A DNA stretch of 64,000 nt from Myxococcota bacterium (GCA_965250285.1 OZ252299.1:2432001-2496000); one strand, 5' to 3'; positions 47,490 through 57,134 are shown, counted from the first letter of the stretch. A program made the numbers and translations. Notes: generated by a model not told the origin, from the sequence alone.

Positions 47490-47987
47490 TCAGGCCGACG
47501 GCGTCGCGTTGTGCTCGACCCAAGCACGGATGCGTCGCTTGCGCGCTGTCGTCGCGTCCGACGCCACACTCGCCACGATCTCTTCGAGCGCCACTGACGC
47601 GAGGGCCTCGCGGTAGACCGCCTCGGCGCTCGCAAAAGCCGCCGCGATCGAGCACGGGCGAGCGCACTCGGCCGTCGACGCACCGCAAGGGCCGCTGCGC
47701 CGCACTTCGGTACAGCGGAAGCTCGGCGCTGTCCCTTCGATGGCCGCGGTGACATCCCAGAGCGTGATCGTCTCGGGCGGCTTCGCGAGGCGATACCCGC
47801 CGGCGGCGCCGCGCTTCGCGGTGACGAGGCCAGCCCGACTGAGCGCCTGGAGCTGCTTGGCCAGATAGGGTGCGGGCACCCCGAGAAAGGCCGCGAGCAC
47901 CTCACCCGGAAGCGCCGCGCCCGGGGGCAGCAGCGCCAGCAGCGCACATGTGTGGGCCGCCCACTCGACGCCCTTCCCGATCTTCAA
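47490..47987 (-). CDS. Rrf2 family regulator, RsrR-like (putative [2Fe-2S])
   Basis: MKIGKGVEWAAH (Glu8/His12), GAAGGYRLAKPPETITLWDV and FRCTEVR...PCSI; TTG start overlaps the upstream stop. Confidence 0.88.
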   Translation of the reverse strand: MKIGKGVEWAAHTCALLALLPPGAALPGEVLAAFLGVPAPYLAKQLQALSRAGLVTAKRGAAGGYRLAKPPETITLWDVTAAIEGTAPSFRCTEVRRSGPCGASTAECARPCSIAAAFASAEAVYREALASVALEEIVASVASDATTARKRRIRAWVEHNATPSA

Positions 47988-48418
47988 GAGCCGAGCGCCG
48001 CGCGCAGGGCGTCGACACGCGCCCGGTTCACGCCCCGGTCCGAATAGCCGACCCGCGAAGCCGAGCGAACGTGGACGGCCTCGTCGGCGCGGCGAAACTC
48101 CACGTCGTCGACGAAACCGAACGTCTCCGACGTGAACTCCGCGGCCACGTAGTCGTCGCCCTGCGCCGTCACGACCCCACCCATCTCGACGATCGTGTCC
48201 GGCAGCCGAATCCAGACGCCAGCCGGCAGCGGCGCGACCTCCTTCTCGGCGACGGCACCCGCTTCGCTCGAAACGCAGTTCGGCGAAGCCGGGCACGCCG
48301 TCAGGCGACCATCGACGAGGCCGGCCGCGGCGCCGTTGCGGGATTGCGCCCCGAGATAGAAGAACCCCCCGACCCCGAGGACGACCAACGCGATGGCACC
48401 GATCATGACGAACTTCAT
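47984..48418 (-). CDS. DUF1499 domain-containing protein
   Basis: LTACPASPNCVSS, FGFVDDVEF and VRSASRVGYSDRGVNRARV. Confidence 0.9.
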   Translation of the reverse strand: MKFVMIGAIALVVLGVGGFFYLGAQSRNGAAAGLVDGRLTACPASPNCVSSEAGAVAEKEVAPLPAGVWIRLPDTIVEMGGVVTAQGDDYVAAEFTSETFGFVDDVEFRRADEAVHVRSASRVGYSDRGVNRARVDALRAALGS

Positions 48419-48442
48419 GGCGACTCCTCCGTCGAGCGTCAG

Positions 48443-48475
48443 CTCAATTGCGGATAATTTTTATCTACAATTGAG
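48443..48475. promoter_or_regulatory. Rrf2-type operator (15-3-15 inverted repeat)
   Basis: CTCAATTGCGGATAA-TTT-TTATCTACAATTGAG with arms matching 13/15, about 25 bp upstream of the DUF1499-Rrf2-DoxX operon. Confidence 0.8.
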
Positions 48476-48697
48476 TCCCCCGTCAACCCCTGCTTCACGT
48501 GTGGATACGGGCCACGAACAACGGGGCGCCGTGAGAATCGAGCCGCCCGCATCGCGTACGATCGGCGCACTCGAAAGCACGGCGGGGCTCGCCGCGGCGC
48601 GCAGCCCGCGCGGTGGGTCTCCCCTCCGCGAATTCAGTATCTTGTCCGCGCGGAGGTTCGCCATCCACCGTCCTCGATATCCTGCGTTCGGAGCCAC

Positions 48698-50407
48698 GTG
48701 AGTCCCACCCCGCTTCGCCTGATCCTCGCCCCCGAGAAGAGCTTCTATGCGCTGGCGGCGATCTATGCCGTCGCCATCGGCGTTCTGACGCTCTCGATCC
48801 CACTCTCCGTTCAGGTGCTGATCAGCACCGTGGCGAACACGGCTCAGTACGGCCCGCTCCTGATCCTCTCCGTCGCGCTGCTCGTGCTCCTCGCGTTCTC
48901 TTCGGTGTTCCTCGCGCTCCAGGACTACACCCTCGAGCTCTTCGAGCGGCGCTTCTTTGCGCGGATCTCGTCCGAGATCGTGCTGCGATACGTGTACGCG
49001 AACTACGGCGATCTCGAGCGAGTCAACCGCGACGAGATGGCGAATCGCTACTTCGACATCATGACGGTGCAGAAGGAGGTGCCGATCCTGCTGACCGGCG
49101 GCATCTCGCTCGTGCTGCAGACGATGGTGGGCTTCGGCGTCACGTCGTTCTATCACCCCTCGTTCCTGCTCTTCAACGTCGGCGTCGTGCTGGCGGCGAC
49201 GCTCATCTGGTGGGCGCTTCATTCCGGTGCCAAGGCGACGGCGCTCTCTCTTTCGTCGGCCAAATACGACATGGCCGGATGGCTCGAAGAGCTGGCGCGC
49301 GCCAACGCCTTCTTCAAGTCGCACCGCAGCATCGAACACGCGCTCGCGCGCTCGGAGGAGCTGTCACGCAACTACGTCGAGCAGAAGCGCCGCCACTTCT
49401 CGTACACGTTCGGACAGATGGTCGGCTTCATCGCGCTGTACGCCGTGGCGAGCGCCGCACTCCTCGGCCTCGGCGGGTCGCTCGTCATCTCGGGCGAGCT
49501 GACCCTGGGCCAGCTGGTCGCTGCCGAGCTGATCCTCTCGGCGATCTTCGTGGGGCTGACCCGGCTCGGCTACTACATGCGCTCGTACTACGCGCTGAAC
49601 GCCGCCGCGAAGAAGATCTCGGTCTTCTTCGACCTGCCCCTCGAAGACGTGCGCGGCGACGAGCGGCTGACGCCCGATTCGGGGGCGCTCGTCGTGCGGG
49701 ACGTGCGCACCCACGATCGGGGCGAGGGCCTCAGCGTCGACCTCGAGGTGCCGTCCGGCTCGCAGGTGCTGGTTGCGGCCTCCTCCGCCGTGCTCGTCAA
49801 GCAGTTCACCGACCTGCTCCAGCGCTTCTGCGAGCCCGAGGCCGGCTCGATCTCGATCGGCGGCGTCGACATCTCGGACTTCGACCGACAGCGCCTGCGC
49901 GATGAGATCCTCGTGATCGACAGCACCGTGCTGCTCGAACGCAGCGCCTCCGACTTCCTCGAGCTCGCCGACCCGAACGCATCTCGAGCGCTGATTCGCG
50001 AGGTCATCGAGCAGGTCGCGCTGACCGAGGTGTTCCAGCGGATCGAAGGCGGGCTCGACCGGAGGCTGACGCACTACGGCTATCCACTCTCGGTCTCCGA
50101 GACCATGCGACTCAAGCTCGCGTACGCGATTCTGGCCCGTCCCAAGCTGCTGGTGCTCGGACCGCTCTTCGACGTCGTCGGGCGCGAGCGCCGCAACCTG
50201 GCGCTCGACGCGATTCGAACCGTCCCCGACCTCACGCTCGTCTACTTCAGCAACCGCCGTGACCTCGACCGCTTCGACCAGTATGTCTGGTTCACCTCAG
50301 AGCGACAGCAGTACGTCTCGGGCCTCGACGCGCTGCAGGAGATCGAGCGCAACGAGGCGACGCCCATCGGGCGCGTCCGGCCCGCCTCCGAAGTGGGGGA
50401 TCGCTGA
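48698..50407 (+). CDS. Type I secretion-like ABC transporter (TMD + degenerate NBD)
   Basis: ABC membrane domain with GELTLGQLVAAELI; NBD-like C-terminus lacking canonical Walker A, signature and Walker B. Confidence 0.85.
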   Translation: MSPTPLRLILAPEKSFYALAAIYAVAIGVLTLSIPLSVQVLISTVANTAQYGPLLILSVALLVLLAFSSVFLALQDYTLELFERRFFARISSEIVLRYVYANYGDLERVNRDEMANRYFDIMTVQKEVPILLTGGISLVLQTMVGFGVTSFYHPSFLLFNVGVVLAATLIWWALHSGAKATALSLSSAKYDMAGWLEELARANAFFKSHRSIEHALARSEELSRNYVEQKRRHFSYTFGQMVGFIALYAVASAALLGLGGSLVISGELTLGQLVAAELILSAIFVGLTRLGYYMRSYYALNAAAKKISVFFDLPLEDVRGDERLTPDSGALVVRDVRTHDRGEGLSVDLEVPSGSQVLVAASSAVLVKQFTDLLQRFCEPEAGSISIGGVDISDFDRQRLRDEILVIDSTVLLERSASDFLELADPNASRALIREVIEQVALTEVFQRIEGGLDRRLTHYGYPLSVSETMRLKLAYAILARPKLLVLGPLFDVVGRERRNLALDAIRTVPDLTLVYFSNRRDLDRFDQYVWFTSERQQYVSGLDALQEIERNEATPIGRVRPASEVGDR

Positions 50408-51537
50408 TGGCTGAACCTGCCCACAGCGGCGCGGCGCACCCGATGACGCGCGGGCACAACGTGCACGTCGACGTTTCCGACCTGCATACGCTCGTACCCG
50501 ACGAGTATCTCGACCGGTTCGAGACGCTCGATTCGGTCACGACGCCCTCGCCGGTCCGCATTCTGGCCGGCATGATCGTCCTGATCCTGATCGTCATCGT
50601 CGCCATGCTCTTCTTCACGCCCTGGGTGCAGACCGCTCTCGGCCAGGGTCGCGTCACCGCGCTCGATCCGGATGCGCGACTCCAGGCCATCACCGTGCTG
50701 GTCGACGGTCGCATCAACCGCTGGTACGTCCGCGACGGCAGCCGAGTGAAAGCGGGCGACCCCATCGTCGAGGTCGTCGACATCGACCCGCGGCTCGTCG
50801 AGCGCCTCGAAGCCGAGCGCGCCGCGGTCGCGAGCAAGTACATGGCCGCCCGAAACGCGCGGGTCGTGGCCGAGATCGACGCCGAGCGGCAGCAGGAGCT
50901 CTTCGACGACGGGCTCGCCGCGCGACGTGAGGTCGAGCGCGCCACGATCAACTACGAAGAGTTCGCGGCCAAGGAGGCGACGGCGTTGGCCGAGCTGAAC
51001 GCCGCAGACGTCAAGCTCTCGAGGCAGTCGACCCAGCTCGTCACCGCGCCGCGGGACGGTGCCATCGTCAACCTGCAGGCGGGCGACAAGGCGACCTACG
51101 TGACGGCGGGACAGACGCTCGCCACGCTCGCGCCCTCCGACGTCGAAGAGGCGGTCGAGCTCTACGTGAGCGGCCTCGACGCCCCGCTGATCGAGCCAGG
51201 CCGCAGCGTGCGCCTCGAATTCGAGGGCTGGCCCGTGGTGCAGTTCAGCGGCTGGCCTTCGGTCGCCGTGGGCACGTTCGGGGGCATCGTCGCATCGGTC
51301 GACCCGGCGGTTTCACCGAACGGGCTGTTTCGCGTGCTCGTGCGCGCTGACCCCGAAGACCCGTGGCCCTCCGAGCGCTATCTGCGCCTGGGGTCTCAGG
51401 CGAAGGGGTGGGTCTTGCTCAATACCGTCCCCCTCGGCTACGAGCTCTGGCGACAGCTGAACCGATTCCCGCCCCTGCCCGACCCGGCGACGCAAGCGGC
51501 TGAGAGCGGCAAAGCCGCACCGAGCCAGGCAAAGTAG
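50407..51537 (+). CDS. HlyD family membrane fusion protein
   Basis: TM, PWVQTALGQGRV, lipoyl-like halves, coiled coil, and FEGWPVVQFSGWPSVAVGTFGG. Confidence 0.92.
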   Translation: MAEPAHSGAAHPMTRGHNVHVDVSDLHTLVPDEYLDRFETLDSVTTPSPVRILAGMIVLILIVIVAMLFFTPWVQTALGQGRVTALDPDARLQAITVLVDGRINRWYVRDGSRVKAGDPIVEVVDIDPRLVERLEAERAAVASKYMAARNARVVAEIDAERQQELFDDGLAARREVERATINYEEFAAKEATALAELNAADVKLSRQSTQLVTAPRDGAIVNLQAGDKATYVTAGQTLATLAPSDVEEAVELYVSGLDAPLIEPGRSVRLEFEGWPVVQFSGWPSVAVGTFGGIVASVDPAVSPNGLFRVLVRADPEDPWPSERYLRLGSQAKGWVLLNTVPLGYELWRQLNRFPPLPDPATQAAESGKAAPSQAK

Positions 51538-51586
51538 CGCCGCGACCGCGGTGCCCGCGATCAGATCGACGCGCCCTGCACCAGGC

Positions 51587-52096
51587 TCACAGCTCGGCCA
51601 GACGATGGAAGCCGGAGTTGTGGAACACGAGCGGGCCCTGCTTCGGTTGCGCGCGCAGCGCCTCGATCCGAAGCAGGACGATCGAGTGATCGCCGGCGTC
51701 CATCTCGTCGTGCAGAGAGCAGTCGAGCCAGGCCGTCGCGTCGCGCAACAGCACCGCGCCCTGAGGCGTCGCGCTGACATGCAGCCCGTCGAAGCTCCGC
51801 TCGGGCGGCGCAGACAGTTGCTCGCACACGCGTCGCTGCGCGTGGGAGAGAAAGCTCAACCCCAGTCGTGTTGCACTGCGTAGCCGAGACCATCGCCGCG
51901 ACCCGTTCATGATGCAGATCGAAACCAGCGGCGGTTCGAGCGAGACCGACGTGAACGAGCTGACCAGGAGGCCGACGGGGCCCTCCGGAGCGAGCGCACA
52001 AACGGCGGCGACGCCGCTCGGAAAGCAGGCGAAGGTGCGCCGCAGCGTCGCGGCGTCGATGGTCTCTTCGAGCGTGCCGGGCGGATGTGCGTTCAC
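51587..52096 (-). CDS. Flavin reductase (HpaC/HsaB-like)
   Basis: FPSGVAAV, SFTSVSLEPPLV and AGDHSIV. Confidence 0.93.
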   Translation of the reverse strand: MNAHPPGTLEETIDAATLRRTFACFPSGVAAVCALAPEGPVGLLVSSFTSVSLEPPLVSICIMNGSRRWSRLRSATRLGLSFLSHAQRRVCEQLSAPPERSFDGLHVSATPQGAVLLRDATAWLDCSLHDEMDAGDHSIVLLRIEALRAQPKQGPLVFHNSGFHRLAEL

Positions 52097-52172
52097 GATT
52101 CGACTCCCGTTCGGATCCAGATCGACGTCACGACCTCGGCACGAAGGCCGCCGAGCCCGCCGCAGAACCCGT

Positions 52173-52742
52173 TCATTGCGCGGCGCCGCCCGGCGCCGTC
52201 CCGTCGGGCGGCCAGGCCGCGAGCCCTTCGTCGAGCGGGACCTCGAGGCTCTTCATCAGGTCGGAGAGCATCTTCCAGCAGCCGATGATCGTCACGAGCT
52301 CGATCCGCTCGCGGTCGGTCGAGAAGTGCGTCGCCAGCTCAGCCCACGCTGCGCTCGACAAAGCGCCGTGCTCAATCGTTTCGTCCACGGCCCGCAGAGC
52401 CGCGCGCTCTCTGGCTGACCAGTGGTCGTGCGCCCACCAGTCCCGAACCGCGAGCAAGTCATGCTCTTCGACATCGTGGAGCAGCGCGATCCGCCAGTGC
52501 TGCGACCACTCGTAGCCGCCGCGGTTCGCCCAACCGATGCGCATGACGATCAGCTCGCGCAGGCGCGCTTCGATCTCGCTCACGCCGACGAGTACGTCGG
52601 TCAGATCGCTGAGTCGCTTGGCGAGCAGCGGTTGACGAAGCAGCACGCGATAGATGGAGAGCCCGGCCTTCAGCTCGAAGAGGTCGACGTGCGCCGCAGC
52701 GGCCCTTGCTTCGTCGATCGTGAGCAGGGGGATCCGACTCAT
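52173..52742 (-). CDS. Carboxymuconolactone decarboxylase/AhpD-like family protein
   Basis: RLRELIVMRIG...YEWSQH and ERAALRAVDE motifs. Confidence 0.85.
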   Translation of the reverse strand: MSRIPLLTIDEARAAAAHVDLFELKAGLSIYRVLLRQPLLAKRLSDLTDVLVGVSEIEARLRELIVMRIGWANRGGYEWSQHWRIALLHDVEEHDLLAVRDWWAHDHWSARERAALRAVDETIEHGALSSAAWAELATHFSTDRERIELVTIIGCWKMLSDLMKSLEVPLDEGLAAWPPDGTAPGGAAQ

Positions 52743-52745
52743 CGG

Positions 52746-53921
52746 CTACACCATCAGGCTCTCGACCGGCTGGTCGAGCAGCGTGCGCCCGTAGTCGGCG
52801 TAGCGCACCTCACGATCGAAGATCACGTGGTTCGACCCGATCGTGATGTCGCGCAGGGCGCGCTGGATCGGACTGTCGAGGCGACCGCCGCTGGCGCCCG
52901 TGACGGAGACGATGTCTTGCACGGCGCTTCGGCACATGAAGACGGCGTGCGACATGCGGGTCAGCCAGCCGTTACGCGTCTCGCGCGACGCCGCGTTTCG
53001 CTGCTCCATCACGTCCCGCAAGACGTCTCGCAGGAGCAATTCGGCCGCCTCGATCTCGAGCGCGGCGGCGGCGACGACCGAGGGCTTGCCCTCGTCCTTG
53101 ACCGCCCCGCCCGCACGGAGCTGCTTCGCAGCGATCTTCGCTTTCGTCTGGGTCTGATACTCCTCGAGAGCCCCCTGCGCCGCACCGAGGATCGAGAGGG
53201 CCGACGCAAAGCCGAGAATCGGCATCAGCGGCGTCCGGTAGAGCGGGCCATCGTGGAGCTCGCTCGTGCTCTCGGCGCTCGTGAGGTCGAACATCGCCAC
53301 GGTGCGTTCGACGGGCACGAACACGTCGTCGATCTCGATGTCGAACGATCCCGTCGAGCACATCCCGGCCACGTACCACGTATCGATGGCCTTCACCTCG
53401 TCGCGCGGAAGCGCGAAGAAGAGCGGCTTGATCTGGCCATCGTCGTCCGTCATGAGCGCGCCCACCATCACCCAGTCGGCGTGGACGATCCCGGTGCCCC
53501 ACTGCCAGCGACCGCTCAGGCGGTAGCCGCCGTCGACCTCTTTGGCAGATCCGCCGGCCATGCTGAGTGACCCGGGCGCGAGAACGTAGGAGCGATCGGC
53601 AAAGAGCTGCTTCTGAAAGGCTTCGGGGAAGCCGCAGAACCAGAACGAGTGCTCCATGTAGAAGGCGACGAGCCACCCCATCGATGCGTCGGCGCGCGAG
53701 AGCGTGAGCGACACCTCGAAGAACGTGTCGAGATCGGCCTCGTGCCCGCCGTAGCAGCGCGGGACCATCAGCGAGAAGAGCCCGCTCTCGCGGATCGCAT
53801 CGATGACCTCATCGAGTGGCTGACGCGCGATCTCGGCCTCGCGCGCCTTGGCGCGGAGCAGCGGCACGAGCTTCTCGGCCGCTTCGATCAGAACTGCGGG
53901 TTCGAGGGGGGCATTCGACAT
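52746..53921 (-). CDS. Flavin-dependent monooxygenase, acyl-CoA dehydrogenase fold (HsaA-like oxygenase component)
   Basis: GYRLSGRWQWGTGIVHADW, DTWYVAGMCSTGS and PIQRALRD; paired with a flavin reductase. Confidence 0.9.
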   Translation of the reverse strand: MSNAPLEPAVLIEAAEKLVPLLRAKAREAEIARQPLDEVIDAIRESGLFSLMVPRCYGGHEADLDTFFEVSLTLSRADASMGWLVAFYMEHSFWFCGFPEAFQKQLFADRSYVLAPGSLSMAGGSAKEVDGGYRLSGRWQWGTGIVHADWVMVGALMTDDDGQIKPLFFALPRDEVKAIDTWYVAGMCSTGSFDIEIDDVFVPVERTVAMFDLTSAESTSELHDGPLYRTPLMPILGFASALSILGAAQGALEEYQTQTKAKIAAKQLRAGGAVKDEGKPSVVAAAALEIEAAELLLRDVLRDVMEQRNAASRETRNGWLTRMSHAVFMCRSAVQDIVSVTGASGGRLDSPIQRALRDITIGSNHVIFDREVRYADYGRTLLDQPVESLMV

Positions 53922-53985
53922 CTCGATCTCCTTGGGGGTCGACCGCGGTTGGCTCCGCGATCGCGTTGAGATGGGCAAGGGGGCG

Positions 53986-54618
53986 CTAGTGAAGCTCCAG
54001 CGGTTCGCGCGCAATCTGCGCGGCTTCGTCGGCGGGGATCCCGAGCACGCGCAGGACGAGCTCGGCGGTGTGCTCGGCGACATGATCGACGCGCACCTCG
54101 TCATCGAGCGAAGCGATCACGCCGATGAGCGCCCCATCGATGAAGCTCCAGGCCGTGGATGGGTCGGCCAAGTCGTAGCGGCCACTCTCGAGACCGTGCC
54201 GCGCGTCGTCGAGGGGCGGCGCGCCCATGCCCGCGATGAGACGACGAAAAGACGTGCCCGAGCGCGCGTACCAGCGCCAGAGCGGATCGTCGGCAATGGC
54301 TTGCAGCAGGATCCGCAGGCCGAGCGACATGCGCAGCGCAGGGTCGGTCGCGCCGCGCGCAGCCCGATCGACCTGCGCGTGCACCTCTTCCGACAGGTGC
54401 TCGATGACCGGCCCGAGCACGTCGGCCTTGGTCTTGAAGTGCAGATAGAAGGTGCCGTGGCCGACGTCGGCGGCCTCGGTGATGTCCTGGATCGTGACCG
54501 CCTCGACGCCGCGCTCGCGCATCAGGCGCTCGGCGGTCTCGACGATCCGCGCGCGCGTCGACGCCCGGCGGCGCTCGACCCGTGTCAGTTCCCCGCTGCC
54601 CGTGCTCTGAGAAGCCAT
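53986..54618 (-). CDS. TetR/AcrR family transcriptional regulator
   Basis: TIQDITEAADVGHGTFYLHFKTK HTH. Confidence 0.93.
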   Translation of the reverse strand: MASQSTGSGELTRVERRRASTRARIVETAERLMRERGVEAVTIQDITEAADVGHGTFYLHFKTKADVLGPVIEHLSEEVHAQVDRAARGATDPALRMSLGLRILLQAIADDPLWRWYARSGTSFRRLIAGMGAPPLDDARHGLESGRYDLADPSTAWSFIDGALIGVIASLDDEVRVDHVAEHTAELVLRVLGIPADEAAQIAREPLELH

Positions 54619-54625
54619 ACCGTGA

Positions 54626-54673
54626 TTATGACTGCAGTCATAAATGATGCAATACTAAAATTGACGTTAGTCA
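54626..54673. promoter_or_regulatory. Tandem TetR operators
   Basis: Perfect 18-bp palindrome TTATGACTGCAGTCATAA (54626-54643) and a second TGAC-GTTA-GTCA (54662-54673) overlapping a TTGACG -35-like hexamer. Confidence 0.8.
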
Positions 54674-55288
54674 TGTTTTTCGATCGACTCTACGACACCA
54701 GGGACCCAAGTGCCTGCCTCGCCTCGTTTTCTGGCTTCGGAGCGGACGCCATCAGGTTTCGAACGACATCGAGAAGACGCCCGCCCGGAGCGGATTCGCG
54801 ATGGGGTCGGGGCCGGTCCGGCCCGGATCCGCTCCGAAGCCGTTCGCGACCGCACGCGATCGGGGTCCGCCCACGAGGTGGACCAGGCGGTGATCGACGA
54901 GTCGAGCACCGCGCGTGCGATCTGGAGACCGCGCAAAGGCCGCGACTCGGCGAGGCTCGACGGCGTCCTCGAGGGCGGTCGGCTCGGTCTCGAGGCAGTC
55001 GGGCAGGACGCGCGGTCTCGAACCCATCTGGCCCAACGGGCGGGGGCCGATGCGATTCGGGGACGGGGTCGATCGCGCGAACGTTTGGTGCATCGCGCGG
55101 ATGGGCGACCTTGCAACAGGCGAAGCGGACCGCTTCGCCTACCGCGTCGAGCCCGGCTGAGGCAGAGTCACGAACTCGAACGCGCACTGGACCGCGTGGC
55201 AGTCCGTGAGTAGGTGACGCAAAGAATTGTCGGCGCGTCGAGCAAGGGACGCGGCTGCACGCACCTGCCCGCACAGAGGGGAAGATGC

Positions 55289-55840
55289 ATGAAGATCCTG
55301 ACCGTCATCGGAAGCCTTCGCGCCGCGAGCTTCAGCCGAAAGCTCGGCGCAGCGGTCGAGGCCCTCGCGCCCGAGGCGATCGAGATCGACACGACGGACG
55401 GGGGCGCCCTGCCCCTCTACAACCAGGATCTCGACGGCGACGAGAAGCCCGCCGCCGTTCGAACGCTCCTCGATCAGGTGAGCTCGGCAGACGGTCTCGT
55501 CTTCGTCACGCCCGAATTCAACTACGGCATCCCGGGCCCGCTCAAGAACCTGATCGACTGGGCCTCGCGCCCCGCCTTCAACTCACCGCTCAAGGCGAAG
55601 CCGTCGCTCGTGATCGCGCACTCGCTCGCGCCTTCGGGTGGCGCGCGTGCGCACGCTCAGCTCTCGAGCGTGCTGGCCGGCACCCTGACCCCGACCTACC
55701 TCGCGCCGAGCTTCGTGGTCCCACAGATCCATGAGAAGTTCGATGATGCGGGCGCGCTCGCCGACGAGATCACGAAGATCCGGCTCGAGGCCACGCTGGC
55801 CGACTTCGCCGACTGGGCGAAGAGCCAGGGCGCTGCCTGA
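55289..55840 (+). CDS. NADPH-dependent FMN reductase (flavodoxin-like)
   Basis: GSLRAASFS, LPLYNQD and TPEFNYGIPGPLKNLIDWASR. Confidence 0.93.
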   Translation: MKILTVIGSLRAASFSRKLGAAVEALAPEAIEIDTTDGGALPLYNQDLDGDEKPAAVRTLLDQVSSADGLVFVTPEFNYGIPGPLKNLIDWASRPAFNSPLKAKPSLVIAHSLAPSGGARAHAQLSSVLAGTLTPTYLAPSFVVPQIHEKFDDAGALADEITKIRLEATLADFADWAKSQGAA

Positions 55841-55966
55841 CGGGCGACGCCGCGCACACGTGCGGGCAATCGGCGCCGTGCCTTGGGCGATCAGGACGGC
55901 GGATGGGTCGAGCGAGCGTGGCGCGTGGCCCGGCGTCGATCGACGACGAGGCCCTTTCGCTCGGCG

Positions 55967-56140
55967 TCAGTAGCCGACCTCGTTGTGACGCAGGAGCTCG
56001 AGGTGCGAACGCCGCTCGCGCATGTCGTCGAGCACGCGCTGAAGCAGCTCTTGCGTGTCCTTCTCCTTGCTCTCGCGCAAGGCGGTGCTGACGGCGTACA
56101 TCCATTCGTCGACCGTGCGAATGTCGATCGGCTTGTTCAT
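55967..56140 (-). CDS. Small hypothetical protein (57 aa), absent from the ORF track
   Basis: GAGGAG RBS then MNKPIDIRTVDEWMYAVSTALRESKEKDTQELLQRVLDDMRERRSHLELLRHNEVGY*; strong G/C third-position bias. Confidence 0.7.
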   Translation of the reverse strand: MNKPIDIRTVDEWMYAVSTALRESKEKDTQELLQRVLDDMRERRSHLELLRHNEVGY

Positions 56141-56358
56141 TCGTGGCTCCTCGGGCTGGTTTGACGCGCCGCAGCACGTTAGCGGATCCGATCGGTCGCC
56201 ATGAACGGCCGAAGCACGGATTCGCGCCCCTCGCCGTGCCGATTCATTCCCTCCTTGGCTCTGATCAACACAAACGGTCGGCGCGATGCGGTGCGGCGGG
56301 CCGGCGGGCCGGCCGAGACGCCGCGAGATCCCATCGACTCGGCTCGGCGACGGGGGGA

Positions 56359-56979
56359 TCAGCTCTCGGCACCCACTCCGAGGGACGCGACGAAGATCCG
56401 CTGAAGGCGAGCCACTTCCGCACCCGACACGCTCGGCGTGTCGCTCTTGTCGAAGAAGAGACTCTGATCGAGGATCGCGATGACCGCGCCCAGCGCCTGC
56501 TGGACGTTGGTGACGTGACGGTCCTTGCGCTTGGCGGTGCGGGTCGTGTGCTCGGCGACGAGCTCGGCGATCGCGCGAACGAGCTTGACTGCCCGCTCGA
56601 CGAAGAGCGGGTCGTCGAGCGACTCGATCATCGTCGCGCGCAAGATGCCGCGGTGCTCGACATGGAACCGGACGAGCTCGGGCACCAACTGCTCGGCGAG
56701 CTCGGTCGGTGTCACCGCCTTGAACTCGGCTGTGTCGATGAAGTCGCGCATGTCGTCGACCGAGCTCTCTGCGAGCTCGTCGTGCAGGTAGTGGAGCAGC
56801 GCCCTCTTCCCCTTGAAGCGCGCATAGAACGAGCCGGCGGACGAATCCGCTGCGCGGACGATGTCCTGGACGGTGAGCTCACTGAACGTGTGCGTGCGAA
56901 GCAGCTCCTTCGTCGCCTTCGAGATGGCGTCGAGAGTGTCCTGGCTGCGGCGCTGACGAGGCGGGCTGAGGTCTTTCAT
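56359..56979 (-). CDS. TetR/AcrR family transcriptional regulator
   Basis: PRQRRSQDTL...LTVQDIVRAADSSAGSFYARFKGK. Confidence 0.9.
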   Translation of the reverse strand: MKDLSPPRQRRSQDTLDAISKATKELLRTHTFSELTVQDIVRAADSSAGSFYARFKGKRALLHYLHDELAESSVDDMRDFIDTAEFKAVTPTELAEQLVPELVRFHVEHRGILRATMIESLDDPLFVERAVKLVRAIAELVAEHTTRTAKRKDRHVTNVQQALGAVIAILDQSLFFDKSDTPSVSGAEVARLQRIFVASLGVGAES

Positions 56980-56993
56980 GGCATCCCAAACAA

Positions 56994-57009
56994 AATTAGT
57001 ATTCTAATT
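56994..57009. promoter_or_regulatory. Putative TetR operator in the divergent promoter
   Basis: AATTAG-TATT-CTAATT inverted repeat in a very AT-rich patch. Confidence 0.65.
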
Positions 57010-57134
57010 CTATTTTCTGCTAGGGTGCGTGTCAAGGCGACGCACACGGCCGGGTCGCCGTCGCCACATCGAAAGAGAGCGGCGCCGAAAAGGTGGTGAG
57101 GCGGCGTCTGCCGGCCGACTCGAGGAGAAGCTCC

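Noticed and set aside
55100..55215. Second possible UGA read-through (VEPG-TGA-GRV) at 55158-55160
   Set aside because: There is no recognisable redox fold, only a weak hairpin, and no credible ORF start.
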